A stretch of 64,000 bases of DNA from Bacteroidota bacterium (GCA_031408435.1 JANNWM010000047.1:9349-73348); one strand, 5' to 3'; numbered from the stretch's first letter, positions 11,001 through 20,267 are shown. Notes: generated by a model not told the origin, from the letters alone. Translations and numbers: made by a program.

Positions 11001-11071
11001 CGTTGGCAATGGACTCTAAAGGTAAAAAACCTTATGATGCTAAAATGTTTATTGTTAAGTTAGAAAATTAA
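8048..11071 (+). CDS. sprD: SprD-like protein: PorP/SprF barrel, long Ala/Lys helical stalk, C-terminal globular domain
   Basis: N-terminal INPTFS and RQWAGFENAPLTY PorP motifs; about 400 aa AKA-rich region; C-terminal PGFYLILAVH domain; adjacent to sprC. Confidence 0.82.
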   Translation: MKKYYIIIVLLFANLFMFSQNNGIKSFELPAQNSLKFNKFLINPTFSFVKEEDPYLSIFNKRQWAGFENAPLTYSANYSTKFEDNNAFSIGVFLQDYSIISSQGAILNYARNVQFDDDSNLTFGINLSAFKSGINTSKIITNFPDPLLNGFKSSTIVALNPGINYGTDIIDFGISAKNLFQYDFSLSQNVTLDPLKSFQGHFMYTGYIESGDIFDGSKFITLVRAEKQRENTVLSGNLLLDIPKLGWVQGGYNNIDGIAAGLGFNITRNISFGYNFEKGLGDAAKLGFTHEFLLAYYFKESEESSDGGPIYVTKPIVVTPVVKIDNEKIAAEEKARADAEAKFLADKQKATEAKLKAIADAKAKAEEDAIAFAEKQKLNAIANAEKAKAAVDAKILSDKQKIADAKAKAISDAAKAKIDAIAQAKEDAEAAKIKAIEDANLLAQKRKSDADAAKLKGAEAAKLLADAKAKALKEKASTDAAKALELAASNKAKADAAKLLADEQKATADAAKAEAAANAKILADKQKAEADAAKLKGAEAAKLLADAKAKALKEKAATDAAKALELAASNKAKADAAKLLADEQKATADAAKAEAVANAKILADKQKAEADAAKLKAAEAAKLLAEAKVKADKEKADELAAKNKAIADATKAKEEASAKLISDAAKAKADAASKLAAAATAKADKEKADADAAKSKAQADAAKAKAEQDAKNIADANKSETDKSLDYVKKILDDATKNSKGLLSKLESTVLNKEKDLKDLKEENDLGDKGIIKTPKPFQSASEANKALETLKNELTESTKQQAGFITQYEDLLTERQKKIPNRADPVNVSYLEAIDKLKAEQLKTEQLKSNLITKLDKIKTDIDIEKKRRIKRAAFESGQSRYDKDRTALKIIKETTVQSKTALTSDDFDFGTDDQGNMQILKKIENTQPGFYLILAVHTDTTKRDAFLTKMVSSGVINVDFFFDIVSGKYFIYSKKYENIDEASLAMDSKGKKPYDAKMFIVKLEN
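9395..9932 (+). repeat. 240-bp (80-aa) tandem repeat in sprD, two full copies and one partial
   Basis: GCTGATGCAGCCAAGTT(A/G)AAAG restarts at 9395, 9635 and 9875; copies are near-identical. Confidence 0.95.
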
Positions 11072-11125
11072 TTTTTTAAAATTCTTGAATTAAATGCACT
11101 AACATTTAAAATAATCAATATCATA

Positions 11126-11169
11126 AAAAAAGATTTGTTAAGTCTAGCTAGACTTAACAAATCTTTTTT
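11126..11169. terminator. 44-bp perfect palindrome after sprD, terminator or REP-like
   Basis: AAAAAAGATTTGTTAAGTCTAG|CTAGACTTAACAAATCTTTTTT, no spacer, T6 tail on both strands. Confidence 0.75.
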
Positions 11170-11212
11170 ATTTAAAATTTTTCTAATTTTTTTAAAACTT
11201 TTGGCATATACG

Positions 11213-11242
11213 TTTGCAAAACCAAGAAATTAGTTATTTTTG
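11213..11242 (+). promoter_or_regulatory. Promoter for the flippase gene
   Basis: TTTG (11213-11216), 18-nt spacer, TATTTTTG (11235-11242). Confidence 0.7.
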
Positions 11243-11311
11243 TCTTAACTAATTCTTTTCGCTATCAATAACCCGATGGAATTGCGAAATCTGTGCCCAA
11301 AAAATCCAAAA

Positions 11312-12769
11312 TTGAGTCTATATAAATCACTTTTCAAACAAACATTAATTTATGGCTTAGCGACTGTTTTGCCAAGAATGATCAGTTTTTTACTCAATCC
11401 TTTGTATGTACACGCGTTGCCAAAACAAGAATTTGCAGACGTTTCAATCGTTTTTGCTTGGCTGGTTTTCTTTAACGTGATTTTGTCATACGGCATGGAA
11501 ACTTCTTTTTTTAGGTTTTATAATTCCGAAGACAACAAGAAAAACGTTATTTCAACAGCCACCATATCAGTTTTTTGGACTTCAATAGCGTTTCTAATAA
11601 TTTCATTATTGTACAGAAATACAATTTCTCGTTGGTCGAGTATTAACCTCGAATATGTCACATTCACAATCTGGATTCTAACATTCGATGCCTTGGCAAT
11701 AATTCCGTTTTCGAAACTTCGAGCCGAAAAAAAACCAATGATATATGCAATGATAAAAATCGGAAATGTAACTCTTAATTTTAGTCTTAACCTATTTTTT
11801 CTTTTATTATTGCCTAAATTAGCCCAATCAAATCCATTAGGATTTTTCAATACTGTTTATTTTACAAACTTTCAGGTAGGCTACATATTTATATCAAACT
11901 TATTGGCAAGTTTAATAACATTTTTGGTTTTATCACCAAATTATATTAAATTGAAATGGCATTTTGACAGCAAATTATGGCACAAAATGATACGGTACGG
12001 TTTTCCGATTCTTTTGGCAGGAATTGCATTTGCAATCAATGAACATTTCGACAAAATTTTGCTCGAAAAACTTCATGTTTCCAAGTCAGATATTGGCGCC
12101 TATTCTGCTTGTTACAAAATAGGTATGTTCATGGTTTTGTTCCGAACTGCCTATACACTTGGTATTGAGCCATTTTTCTTCAGTCACGCAAGCAACCAGA
12201 ACGCCTCGCAAACTTATGCTACAATAACCAAATATTTTGTTATTGCGGGATCATTTATTTTGTTATTTGTGATTGTTTTTATAGATGTTCTCAAGTTTCT
12301 TTTGGTGCCAAATTCAAGTTATTGGGATGCAATAAAAGTCGTACCACTAATCATTCTAGCCAACTTTTTTCTTGGTATTTACACCAATCTTTCGGTTTGG
12401 TATAAGCTCATTGACAAAACAATGATTGGTGCCTATATTTCGATTTTTGGAGCAATTATTACATTTATTCTTAACTTTTGGCTCGTGCCAATTATGAGTT
12501 ATTATGGCTCTGCGATTGCAACTATCGCAGCCTACGGCAGCATGATGTTTATATCGTATTATTTTGGACAAAAAAAATATCCAATTCCCTATGAAATAAA
12601 CAAAATTTCTAAATATTTGCTCATTTCAATAACATTATCAGGACTTTCGTTCTATGTTCCAGAACTTCGAAAAAGCTATATTTTTGGAATTTTAGCCTTA
12701 CTTTTGTTCGGATTTTTTATTTATAAAAACGAAAAACAACTCATTTTAAAAATCATAAAACGCAAATAA
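11312..12769 (+). CDS. Polysaccharide flippase (Wzx/MATE-like)
   Basis: SLYKSLFKQTLIYGLATVLPR start typical of the family, many TM segments; TTG at 11312 is the likely start (ORF open from 11276). Confidence 0.85.
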   Translation: MSLYKSLFKQTLIYGLATVLPRMISFLLNPLYVHALPKQEFADVSIVFAWLVFFNVILSYGMETSFFRFYNSEDNKKNVISTATISVFWTSIAFLIISLLYRNTISRWSSINLEYVTFTIWILTFDALAIIPFSKLRAEKKPMIYAMIKIGNVTLNFSLNLFFLLLLPKLAQSNPLGFFNTVYFTNFQVGYIFISNLLASLITFLVLSPNYIKLKWHFDSKLWHKMIRYGFPILLAGIAFAINEHFDKILLEKLHVSKSDIGAYSACYKIGMFMVLFRTAYTLGIEPFFFSHASNQNASQTYATITKYFVIAGSFILLFVIVFIDVLKFLLVPNSSYWDAIKVVPLIILANFFLGIYTNLSVWYKLIDKTMIGAYISIFGAIITFILNFWLVPIMSYYGSAIATIAAYGSMMFISYYFGQKKYPIPYEINKISKYLLISITLSGLSFYVPELRKSYIFGILALLLFGFFIYKNEKQLILKIIKRK

Positions 12770-12779
12770 TTTTTTTGAA

Positions 12780-12860
12780 GCTATTCGCGCTTTCATTCCA
12801 AAAAATTTCAGGCGAAGAAAATCGCCTAAAATTGTTTTTCCCTTCTATCACGGCTAAAAA
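12780..12860 (-). repeat. Dispersed REP-like element with internal hairpin
   Basis: Minus strand reads TAGCCGTGATAGAAGGGAAAA...GAAAGCGCGAATAGC, similar to 22667-22733; internal stem AGGCGA/TCGCCT. Confidence 0.6.
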
Positions 12861-12937
12861 CCCATCATTCAAAATAAAAAATTTCCTTATTCCAAAAACC
12901 TTATTATCTTAGCAATTTTCAATATTAAAAATACAAA

Positions 12938-13372
12938 ATGAAAATAAACATCATCAATAAATCGGAACACCAACTGCCAAATTACGAAACCATTGCATCG
13001 GCAGGAATGGACATGCGTGCCAACATTCATGAACCAATAACTATCAAAACTCTCGAAAGAGTAATGGTTCCAACAGGATTATACATAGAATTGCCAATAG
13101 GTTTCGAAGCCCAAGTTCGACCTCGCAGTGGATTAGCATTCAAAAACGGAGTAACTTGTCTCAATTCCCCAGGCACAATCGATGCCGATTATCGAGGCGA
13201 ACTCAAAGTAATTTTAGTAAATTTGTCACACGACGATTTTACAATCAACAATGGCGATCGAATTGCACAAATGGTCATCGCTAAACACGAACGAGCAGAA
13301 TTTGTCGAAGTTAAAGAATTATCAACAACTGAACGTGGCGCAGGCGGATTTGGAAGCACTGGTGTTAAATAA
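12938..13372 (+). CDS. dut: dUTP diphosphatase
   Basis: [41 protein letters not shown] motifs. Confidence 0.97.
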   Translation: MKINIINKSEHQLPNYETIASAGMDMRANIHEPITIKTLERVMVPTGLYIELPIGFEAQVRPRSGLAFKNGVTCLNSPGTIDADYRGELKVILVNLSHDDFTINNGDRIAQMVIAKHERAEFVEVKELSTTERGAGGFGSTGVK

Positions 13373-13380
13373 AAACTCTA

Positions 13381-13454
13381 AATTCGTTATTCAACATTGT
13401 TTTTAAAGTTTAAAATGTTGAACAACGAACTTTGAATAACGAATGTTGAAGTTT
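13381..13454. repeat. Heptamer-built repeat block upstream of the four-helix-bundle gene
   Basis: Reverse units at 13383-13398 pair with 13414-13429; forward units AATGTTG AACAACG AACTTTG AATAACG AATGTTG. Confidence 0.9.
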
Positions 13455-13468
13455 AATAAAATAAAAAC

Positions 13469-13840
13469 ATGAAACAATACGATTTACATGAAAGGTTAAT
13501 AGATTTTGCAGTTATGATTATTGATATTACAGATAATTTAAAAAGCAGCAAAGCAGGAAATCATTTATCAGGACAAATAGTTCGATCTGGAACTTCCCCA
13601 TCATTAAATTACAGTGAAGCACAAAGCGCAGAATCTAGAAATGATTTTATTCATAAAATGTCAATTGTTCTAAAAGAATTACGTGAAACTCATTCGTGTT
13701 TAAAAATTATTCAAAGAGCAAAATTATATTTAAAAGAGGAAGAGAATATTATTATAGCAATTAAGGAAAATAACGAATTAATTTCAATATTTGTAAAAAG
13801 CATTGAAACATCAAAATCTAAATTAAATAATCAAAAATAA
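13469..13840 (+). CDS. Four helix bundle protein (23S rRNA IVP / Avd-like family)
   Basis: 123 aa; QIVRSGTSPSLNYSEAQSAESRNDFIHKMSIVLKELRET family signature. Confidence 0.93.
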   Translation: MKQYDLHERLIDFAVMIIDITDNLKSSKAGNHLSGQIVRSGTSPSLNYSEAQSAESRNDFIHKMSIVLKELRETHSCLKIIQRAKLYLKEEENIIIAIKENNELISIFVKSIETSKSKLNNQK

Positions 13841-13862
13841 TTCAAACGTTTAAGATTTGTTT

Positions 13863-13993
13863 ACTTCAAAATTCGTTATTCTAAGTTCGTTATTATTGAA
13901 ACTTCAAAATTCGTTGTTCGTTAATCAACATTCAACATTATTTTAATTTTTAAATATTGAACAACGAACTTTGAATAACGAATATTGAAGTTT
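13863..13993. repeat. Heptamer-built repeat block downstream of the four-helix-bundle gene
   Basis: Reverse units 13863-13938; forward copy 13952-13993 matches 13413-13454 at 40 of 42 nt. Confidence 0.9.
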
Positions 13994-14007
13994 TAAAATA
14001 AAAAAAA

Positions 14008-15018
14008 ATGAAAATAATAGTTCCAATGGCTGGTCGTGGTTCACGCCTTCGCCCACATACATTAACAGTACCAAAACCATTAATTCCAATAGCTGGAAAA
14101 CCAATTGTACATCGATTAGTCGAAGATATTGCGGGCGTTATCAATCAAAAAATTGATGAAATAGCATTTATAATCCACAAAGATTTTGGTACACAAGTCG
14201 AAGAGGATTTAATAGCAATTGCCCAAAAATTAGGCTCAAAAGGCACGATTTATTATCAAAATGAAGCTTTAGGAACAGCTCACGCAATTATGTGCGCCAA
14301 AGAATCGATGACTGGACCAATAGTTGTTGCTTATGCCGACACACTTTTTAGAGCCGATTTCACGCTTGACACAACTGCCGATTCGGTAATTTGGGTAAAA
14401 CAAGTCGAAGATCCAAGTGCATTTGGTGTTGTTAAACTCAATGAAAACAATCAAATAGTTGATTTTGTCGAAAAACCAAAAGATTTTGTTTCGGATTTGG
14501 CAATTATCGGGATTTATTATTTCAAATCTGGCGAAAGTTTGCGTTCAGAATTACAATATTTATTGGACAATAACGTTGTTAAAGGTGGCGAATACCAACT
14601 TACTGATGGTCTCGAAAACATGAAAATTAAAGGAATGAAATTTGTGCCTGGAAAAGTTGACGAATGGATGGATTGTGGCAACAAAAATGTAACAGTCGAA
14701 ACCAATTCTAGATTGTTAGGATTCTTACATAAAGATGGACAAAAATTAGTTTCAAGCGATGTAAAATTAGAAAATTCGACAATAATCGAACCTTGTTTTA
14801 TAGCCGATGATGTCATTTTAATTAACGCAACAGTTGGTCCAAATGTATCGTTAGGAAAAGGTTGCCACGTTGTCGATTCGAAAATAAAAAACAGTTTGAT
14901 TCAAAATCATTCGCATATAAAAAACGCTAACCTTGACAATGCAATGATTGGAAGCCACGCAAGTTTTGATGGTAATTTTACAAGTATTTCGATTGGCGAT
15001 TATTCTGTTTTAGAATAA
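14008..15018 (+). CDS. Sugar-phosphate nucleotidyltransferase
   Basis: IVPMAGRGSRLRPHT, PKPLIPIAGKP, QNEALGTAHA, FVEKP, WMDCG; C-terminal beta-helix. Confidence 0.92.
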   Translation: MKIIVPMAGRGSRLRPHTLTVPKPLIPIAGKPIVHRLVEDIAGVINQKIDEIAFIIHKDFGTQVEEDLIAIAQKLGSKGTIYYQNEALGTAHAIMCAKESMTGPIVVAYADTLFRADFTLDTTADSVIWVKQVEDPSAFGVVKLNENNQIVDFVEKPKDFVSDLAIIGIYYFKSGESLRSELQYLLDNNVVKGGEYQLTDGLENMKIKGMKFVPGKVDEWMDCGNKNVTVETNSRLLGFLHKDGQKLVSSDVKLENSTIIEPCFIADDVILINATVGPNVSLGKGCHVVDSKIKNSLIQNHSHIKNANLDNAMIGSHASFDGNFTSISIGDYSVLE

Positions 15019-15066
15019 GATTTCAGAATTTAGATTAACGATTATAGATTTCAGATTTAGACTGAA
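15019..15066 (+). repeat. Intergenic degenerate heptamer tract
   Basis: GATTTCA GAATTTA GATTAAC GATTATA GATTTCA GATTTA GACTGAA. Confidence 0.8.
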
Positions 15067-15074
15067 ATATTACA

Positions 15075-16424
15075 ATGAAAAAAACATTTTTAGTAATAAT
15101 TTTATCAATTGCTTTAAGCAACAATTCTTTTATTTTCTCACAAGAAATTAAAGAAGAATCTGCAAGTAAAGACGATGAATTTCAGGTATCGTATTTTGAA
15201 TCGTTGAAACAAAAAGCGATAATGAATTATGATAAATCTATCGAATCGCTTGAAAAATGTTTGAAATTGCAACCCGAAAATCCAAATGTTCATTTCCAGC
15301 TAGGAAAAAATTATTTGTTACAAAAAAACTACAAACAGGCCTATGAATCTTTCGAAAAAGCAGCAACAATTGACCCAAAAAACCGCTGGTATTTTGCAGG
15401 AATGTATGATGTTGCCTACGAACAAAAAGATTATAACCAAGCCATAATTGTTGTCAATAAACTAATAGTTTTCAAGAATGATTATAAAGAAGATTTGGTT
15501 TCGTTGTACATGAACACACAACAATTCGACAAAGCTTTGACATTAATTAACGAGTTAAATGACCAAATTGGTAAATCGGACAAGCGCGATTTTTATAAAA
15601 TGCAAATCATGCAAGATTCTAAACATCAAGATCCTGAAAAAGATAATCTGATTGATCAAATAAAGAAAAATCCAAAAGTAGAAGCCAATTATATAGATTT
15701 AATTTCGATTTATTCGCAAAGCAATCAAGAAGAAAAAGCACTCGAAATTGCCAAAAAATTAGAGAAAGAAATTCCAACTTCTGATTGGGCACAAGTAAGT
15801 TTGTTTAAATTTCATTTGAATAATAATGATGGCGACAATGCTGTAAAAGCTATGAATATTGTTTATGCTAGCAATAAAATAGACGATAAAATTAAACACA
15901 GAATCTTGAATGAATTTTTGATATTTGTGAAAACAAACCCAAAATACAACCCAGATTTAGAAAAAGCAATTGGCTATTTCAAGAACGATCCTAATGTAAA
16001 AGTTGCCAAAGAAGTTGCAAAATTTTATCAAAATCAAAAAGATTTTGACAAGGCAATTCAATATTATGATTTGCATTTCAAGAACAATACCGAGCCAGAT
16101 TTTGAAACATCGGTATTGTATTTTCAATGTTTGGTAGAAAAATCGCAATTTGAAATTTTATCAAAAAAAGCCGATAATATGGTTGATTTGTTTCCAAGCC
16201 AACCTCAATTTTATTACTATGCTGGATTATCATACAATCAATTAAAAAACTTCAAGAAAGCCAAAGATTTTCTTGAAACTGGGATCGATTATTTAGTCGA
16301 TGACAAAACACTAGAAATAAATTTTAACATTCAATTGGGCGAAACTTCTAATGGTTTAGGCGATGTTGGCAAAAAAGAATTTTATTTTACAAAAGCAGAT
16401 AAATTGCTGAAAGCAAAGAAATAG
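15075..16424 (+). CDS. Exported TPR-repeat protein
   Basis: Signal peptide and repeated TPR patterns (LGKNYLLQKNYKQA, AGLSYNQLKNFKKA). Confidence 0.85.
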   Translation: MKKTFLVIILSIALSNNSFIFSQEIKEESASKDDEFQVSYFESLKQKAIMNYDKSIESLEKCLKLQPENPNVHFQLGKNYLLQKNYKQAYESFEKAATIDPKNRWYFAGMYDVAYEQKDYNQAIIVVNKLIVFKNDYKEDLVSLYMNTQQFDKALTLINELNDQIGKSDKRDFYKMQIMQDSKHQDPEKDNLIDQIKKNPKVEANYIDLISIYSQSNQEEKALEIAKKLEKEIPTSDWAQVSLFKFHLNNNDGDNAVKAMNIVYASNKIDDKIKHRILNEFLIFVKTNPKYNPDLEKAIGYFKNDPNVKVAKEVAKFYQNQKDFDKAIQYYDLHFKNNTEPDFETSVLYFQCLVEKSQFEILSKKADNMVDLFPSQPQFYYYAGLSYNQLKNFKKAKDFLETGIDYLVDDKTLEINFNIQLGETSNGLGDVGKKEFYFTKADKLLKAKK

Positions 16425-16425
16425 A

Positions 16426-16480
16426 GATTTAGATACTAGATGTTCGATTTAAAGACATCAGATAATTAGATTTTAGAATA
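16426..16480 (+). repeat. Intergenic degenerate heptamer tract
   Basis: GATTTA GATACTA GATGTTC GATTTAAA GACATCA GATAATTA GATTTTA. Confidence 0.65.
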
Positions 16481-16488
16481 AACAAAAA

Positions 16489-17256
16489 ATGAAAAAATTA
16501 TTATTATTTATTGCAATTTGTTTGATTTCGTGCCGATCAACCAAACCAGTTTTGAAACAATCGCACGCAAAAGACGAGATCTCTTCAGAAAGAATTATTG
16601 AAAGTCATTATGCAAACAAAACTGATTTTAAAACGATTTATATAAAATCTTCGGTTCGATATGAAGACGACAAGCAATCGCAAAACGTATCAGCAGAAAT
16701 AAGAATCAAGAAAAATGAAATCATTTCGATAAGCATACGTTTTTTGGGCATAACAATGGCAAAAGCATTGATAACGCCAAATAAAGTGCAGTATTATGAA
16801 AAAATAGGAGGAAAGTTTTTCGAAGGAAATTATCAATCATTAAGTCAATTTCTGGGAACAGATTTAGATTTTGCAAAAGTTCAAAATCTTTTTATCGGAC
16901 AAGCTTTAGACGATTTAACCAAAGAAAAATATATCAATTCGATTGAAGATAAATTGTATAAATTAGAAAACAACGAAAATTCTAAAACCAGAAAAACGTT
17001 TTATTTTGATTCAGAAAGTTTTCACGTTACCAAACAATTAATCTCGCAGTCCGAACAAAGTCGTTCGTTACAAATTGTTTATCCTGAATACAAACAATAT
17101 TTAGAAATGAATTTGCCAACTAATATTTTGATAGATGCATTGATGGAAAAAGGCAGAACAAACATTAAAATCGATTATAATTCGGCTACTTTTAACGAAG
17201 AATTAAATTTTCCGTACTCGGTGCCAGATGGCTACGAACAAATATTTATTAAGTAA
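16489..17256 (+). CDS. DUF4292-like lipoprotein
   Basis: LISC lipobox, AKALITP and LGTDLDFAKVQNL motifs; position between the TPR gene and envC. Confidence 0.8.
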   Translation: MKKLLLFIAICLISCRSTKPVLKQSHAKDEISSERIIESHYANKTDFKTIYIKSSVRYEDDKQSQNVSAEIRIKKNEIISISIRFLGITMAKALITPNKVQYYEKIGGKFFEGNYQSLSQFLGTDLDFAKVQNLFIGQALDDLTKEKYINSIEDKLYKLENNENSKTRKTFYFDSESFHVTKQLISQSEQSRSLQIVYPEYKQYLEMNLPTNILIDALMEKGRTNIKIDYNSATFNEELNFPYSVPDGYEQIFIK

Positions 17257-17276
17257 ATTTGCAAAAAAAAGATTCA

Positions 17277-18542
17277 ATGTCTAAATATATTTTAAGTTTT
17301 TTAATGATTTGTGTTTCATTTTCGATGTTTGCACAACCGACTACACAAGAAAAACTAGAGCAACGCAAAGCCGAAATTCAAGCACAAATTCGTGCTAACG
17401 AAAAACTATTGCAAAACGTAAAAAAACAAGAAAAATCAGTCTTGACGGTTATTGGTATTAAAGATCAAAAAATTAGATTGAAAGAAAATTTAATCGAAAC
17501 CAATGAAAATCAATCTAAGGTTTTAGCTAAAAACATGACTAAAAACCAATCGGAAATTAATCAACTTAACAAAGAATTAGACACGTTAAAAGCAGATTAT
17601 GCCAAAATGATTGTCAAATCATACAAAAGCCGGTCGGAACAAAGTCGAGCAATGTTTATATTATCGTCACAGAATTTTTTGCAAGCCTATAAACGTGCTC
17701 AATATATGAAGCAATATTCTAGTTATAGAAAAATGCAAGGCGAGGAAATTATATACAAAACCAACGAAATTTCTGGAGTAAACAAAAAGTTAAATATCCA
17801 AAAAGAGGACAAAATAAAACTTATTAAAGAAAATCAAACCGAGAAAGTTGCACTTGTAAAAGAAAAACAAGAACAAGTGGTTTTGGTAAATGCAATTAAA
17901 AAAGACAAGAAAAAAATTGCAGTCGAAATTAAACAACAACAACAAGAAACAAGACAAATTGATCGCCAAATTGACCGATTAATCCGAGATGCAATTGCCG
18001 AAGCCAATAGAAAAGCTGCTGCTGCAAATGCAAAAGCTAACCCAACCAAAGTCGTAACAGCCGCAGAAACTAGAGCATCAGAATCGTCTACAAAAATTGT
18101 TTTAACACCAGAAGGTCGAATAGAATCTGATAATTTCAAGAACAACAAAGGAGGTTTGCCGTGGCCAGTCGAACGTGGAGCAGTAACCTTAAAATTCGGA
18201 AATCAGCCACACCCATTATACCCATCGTTAATAGTTCACAATTCAGGAATAGAAATCACAACCGACCAAGGAGCCAATGCTAGAGCAGTTTTCGCAGGAG
18301 AAGTAACTCAGGTTCAGGTAGTCTCGCCGGTTAATAAAGCGGTAATCGTTAAACACGGAGATTTCTTTACAGTATATCAAAATTTAAGTAAAGTTTTTGT
18401 TCGCGAAGGCGATAAAGTATCGATAAAACAAAGTCTCGGACTAATAAGAACTAGCGGCGATACAGGTCGAACAGTAATGAAATTTATGATTTCTCAAAAC
18501 ACAACCTATGCTAATCCGGCAATTTGGTTGAGTAATATGTAA
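17277..18542 (+). CDS. envC: Murein hydrolase activator EnvC family (M23 domain)
   Basis: Long coiled coil, then LPWPV, NSGIEI, VIVKHG, TVYQNL; ATG at 17277, internal TAAATTTG at 17254-17261. Confidence 0.85.
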   Translation: MSKYILSFLMICVSFSMFAQPTTQEKLEQRKAEIQAQIRANEKLLQNVKKQEKSVLTVIGIKDQKIRLKENLIETNENQSKVLAKNMTKNQSEINQLNKELDTLKADYAKMIVKSYKSRSEQSRAMFILSSQNFLQAYKRAQYMKQYSSYRKMQGEEIIYKTNEISGVNKKLNIQKEDKIKLIKENQTEKVALVKEKQEQVVLVNAIKKDKKKIAVEIKQQQQETRQIDRQIDRLIRDAIAEANRKAAAANAKANPTKVVTAAETRASESSTKIVLTPEGRIESDNFKNNKGGLPWPVERGAVTLKFGNQPHPLYPSLIVHNSGIEITTDQGANARAVFAGEVTQVQVVSPVNKAVIVKHGDFFTVYQNLSKVFVREGDKVSIKQSLGLIRTSGDTGRTVMKFMISQNTTYANPAIWLSNM

Positions 18543-18547
18543 TAATT

Positions 18548-18618
18548 GATTGTAGTATTTAGATTAACGATTTTAGATTTTAAAGTAATTATAAAGAACC
18601 CAATTTCGTTAATCTAAA
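18548..18618. repeat. Heptamer tract folded into a hairpin between convergent genes
   Basis: GATTGTA GTATTTA GATTAAC GATTTTA GATTTTA; 18558-18570 is the exact reverse complement of 18606-18618. Confidence 0.75.
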
Positions 18619-18627
18619 ATTTTTAAA

Positions 18628-19137
18628 TTATAAAAAAAGTGCTTTCAATTCTGTTGCATCTTGGGCTTTCATTTTTCCAGCCAAAACAAGACTTAATTGT
18701 TTGCGACGTAACGCAGCATCAAAACGTTCTTTTTCTAAATCGGTTTCTGGAATAACTTCTGGAACAGCAACTGGAACGCCACTTTCGTCAACAGCTACAA
18801 ATGTATAAATTGCTTCGTTGGCCTTTGTTCTTAAACCCGATTCACGATCTTCAATCCAAACATCTATAAAAATTTCCATTGAGGTTCGAAAACTTCTGGA
18901 CACTTTTGCCTCGACGGTTACGACGCTTCCTAAAGCAATTGCTCGGTTAAACGCCACGTGATTGACCGATGCCGTGACCGTTATTCTGCGAGAATGTCTT
19001 CTGGCGGCAATGCTAGCGGCTCTGTCCATTCTTGCTAAAAGTTCGCCTCCGAATAAGTTGTTCAAAGGGTTTGTTTCGCTTGGCAAAACCAAATCTGTTA
19101 ATATTGTCAAAGATTCTGATGCGTTTTTTGCAGTCAT
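18628..19137 (-). CDS. Acyl-CoA thioesterase (hotdog fold)
   Basis: ETNPLNNLFGGELLARMD, VTASVNHVAF, YTFVAVD. Confidence 0.92.
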   Translation of the reverse strand: MTAKNASESLTILTDLVLPSETNPLNNLFGGELLARMDRAASIAARRHSRRITVTASVNHVAFNRAIALGSVVTVEAKVSRSFRTSMEIFIDVWIEDRESGLRTKANEAIYTFVAVDESGVPVAVPEVIPETDLEKERFDAALRRKQLSLVLAGKMKAQDATELKALFL

Positions 19138-19287
19138 ATTTTTTTTATTTTAAGCAAGTTACACTTTTTTCTTCTTGTTTTTTTGAACTAGATTCCCTTC
19201 ATTTACGGCTAAAAAAAATCCCGTTTCAAAACGAGAATTTATTTCAAATGTTAATCATTTATTTTTTCGAAACTTTACAGTTTGTTT

Positions 19288-20262
19288 TTATTTATCCAAT
19301 TGCTGAATCAAAACCCAAGCATCGGCATTGTCTTTTTTCTGAATTTCGGTCATTGCATTTCTAGCTTCGCTGTATGTTGCATAACTGCTATAAATAACGG
19401 GAAACAAACCGTTTATATTTTGAGTAATTTTCTCGGCCTTGTAACCTCTAGAAATTAAGTTTCTGCAAATTTTATCAGCATTTGCTTCTACTTTAAAAGC
19501 GCCAGCAACAACGTGATAATTCAATTTCACATCGTTGTTCAAACTTGATACAACAACTGGTAAAGCATTATTTGATATAAAAAAAGTAGCTTCTTGAATT
19601 TTATTTTGAACTTGTTTTTGAACTTTGGCTTCGACAATCAAATTGTTTATTGCAATTTTTTCTTTATACAAATTCAAAAAAACTGGACTTGCAATGCTAC
19701 AACCAATTATAAAAACTGCTGCGTATTTCAGGTTTGAATAATTTCTTGGTTTATGGATTTGTATAATCTCTTGGTTAACTGAATTTTGACTTTGAATATT
19801 TTCGAAATCAGGTACAAAAACGTTTTTACTTTCGACAACTATACGTTTTACATTTGGCGAAACGAACGTTGTTAATCCAAACGAACTGGTCAAATAATTA
19901 AAATTATCTGTTGGCGTAAAAACCATATTTTTATCGTTATTCAAAGCAATTGAACCTATATTTTTTAAGTAAAGATTGTTTTCTGAATTTAAAGAGCTTC
20001 TCCAATTATCGATTTCAATATTGATTAAATCGACTGCTTTTTCGTAGGTACATTTCTGGTTTGCAGCAATTTGGTTGGCAAGCAAACCGTCACTTGTTTT
20101 AAGATTGGCATTAAAAACAATTAATTTTTTTGGTGGAAAAAAACTATTCGAATTTTCGATAAGTTGTGCCGACACATTTTCGGTTAAAAAAGCACCAAAA
20201 CCTGGCACCGCAACGCACTGGTATCGATAAAGCAATTCGGATATGTGTTTTTCTAAATTCAT
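19288..20262 (-). CDS. HU-CCDC81-like N-terminus, TM helix and C-terminal SPOR domain protein
   Basis: HISELLYRYQCVAVPGFGAF N-terminus; YHVVAGAF SPOR motif; ATG at 20262 follows the promoter. Confidence 0.85.
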   Translation of the reverse strand: MNLEKHISELLYRYQCVAVPGFGAFLTENVSAQLIENSNSFFPPKKLIVFNANLKTSDGLLANQIAANQKCTYEKAVDLINIEIDNWRSSLNSENNLYLKNIGSIALNNDKNMVFTPTDNFNYLTSSFGLTTFVSPNVKRIVVESKNVFVPDFENIQSQNSVNQEIIQIHKPRNYSNLKYAAVFIIGCSIASPVFLNLYKEKIAINNLIVEAKVQKQVQNKIQEATFFISNNALPVVVSSLNNDVKLNYHVVAGAFKVEANADKICRNLISRGYKAEKITQNINGLFPVIYSSYATYSEARNAMTEIQKKDNADAWVLIQQLDK

Positions 20263-20267
20263 AACAG

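Noticed and set aside
13381-13993. CRISPR array or diversity-generating retroelement
   Set aside because: There is no repeat-spacer alternation and no cas gene. The protein is Avd-like, but the window has no reverse transcriptase and no TR/VR pair.
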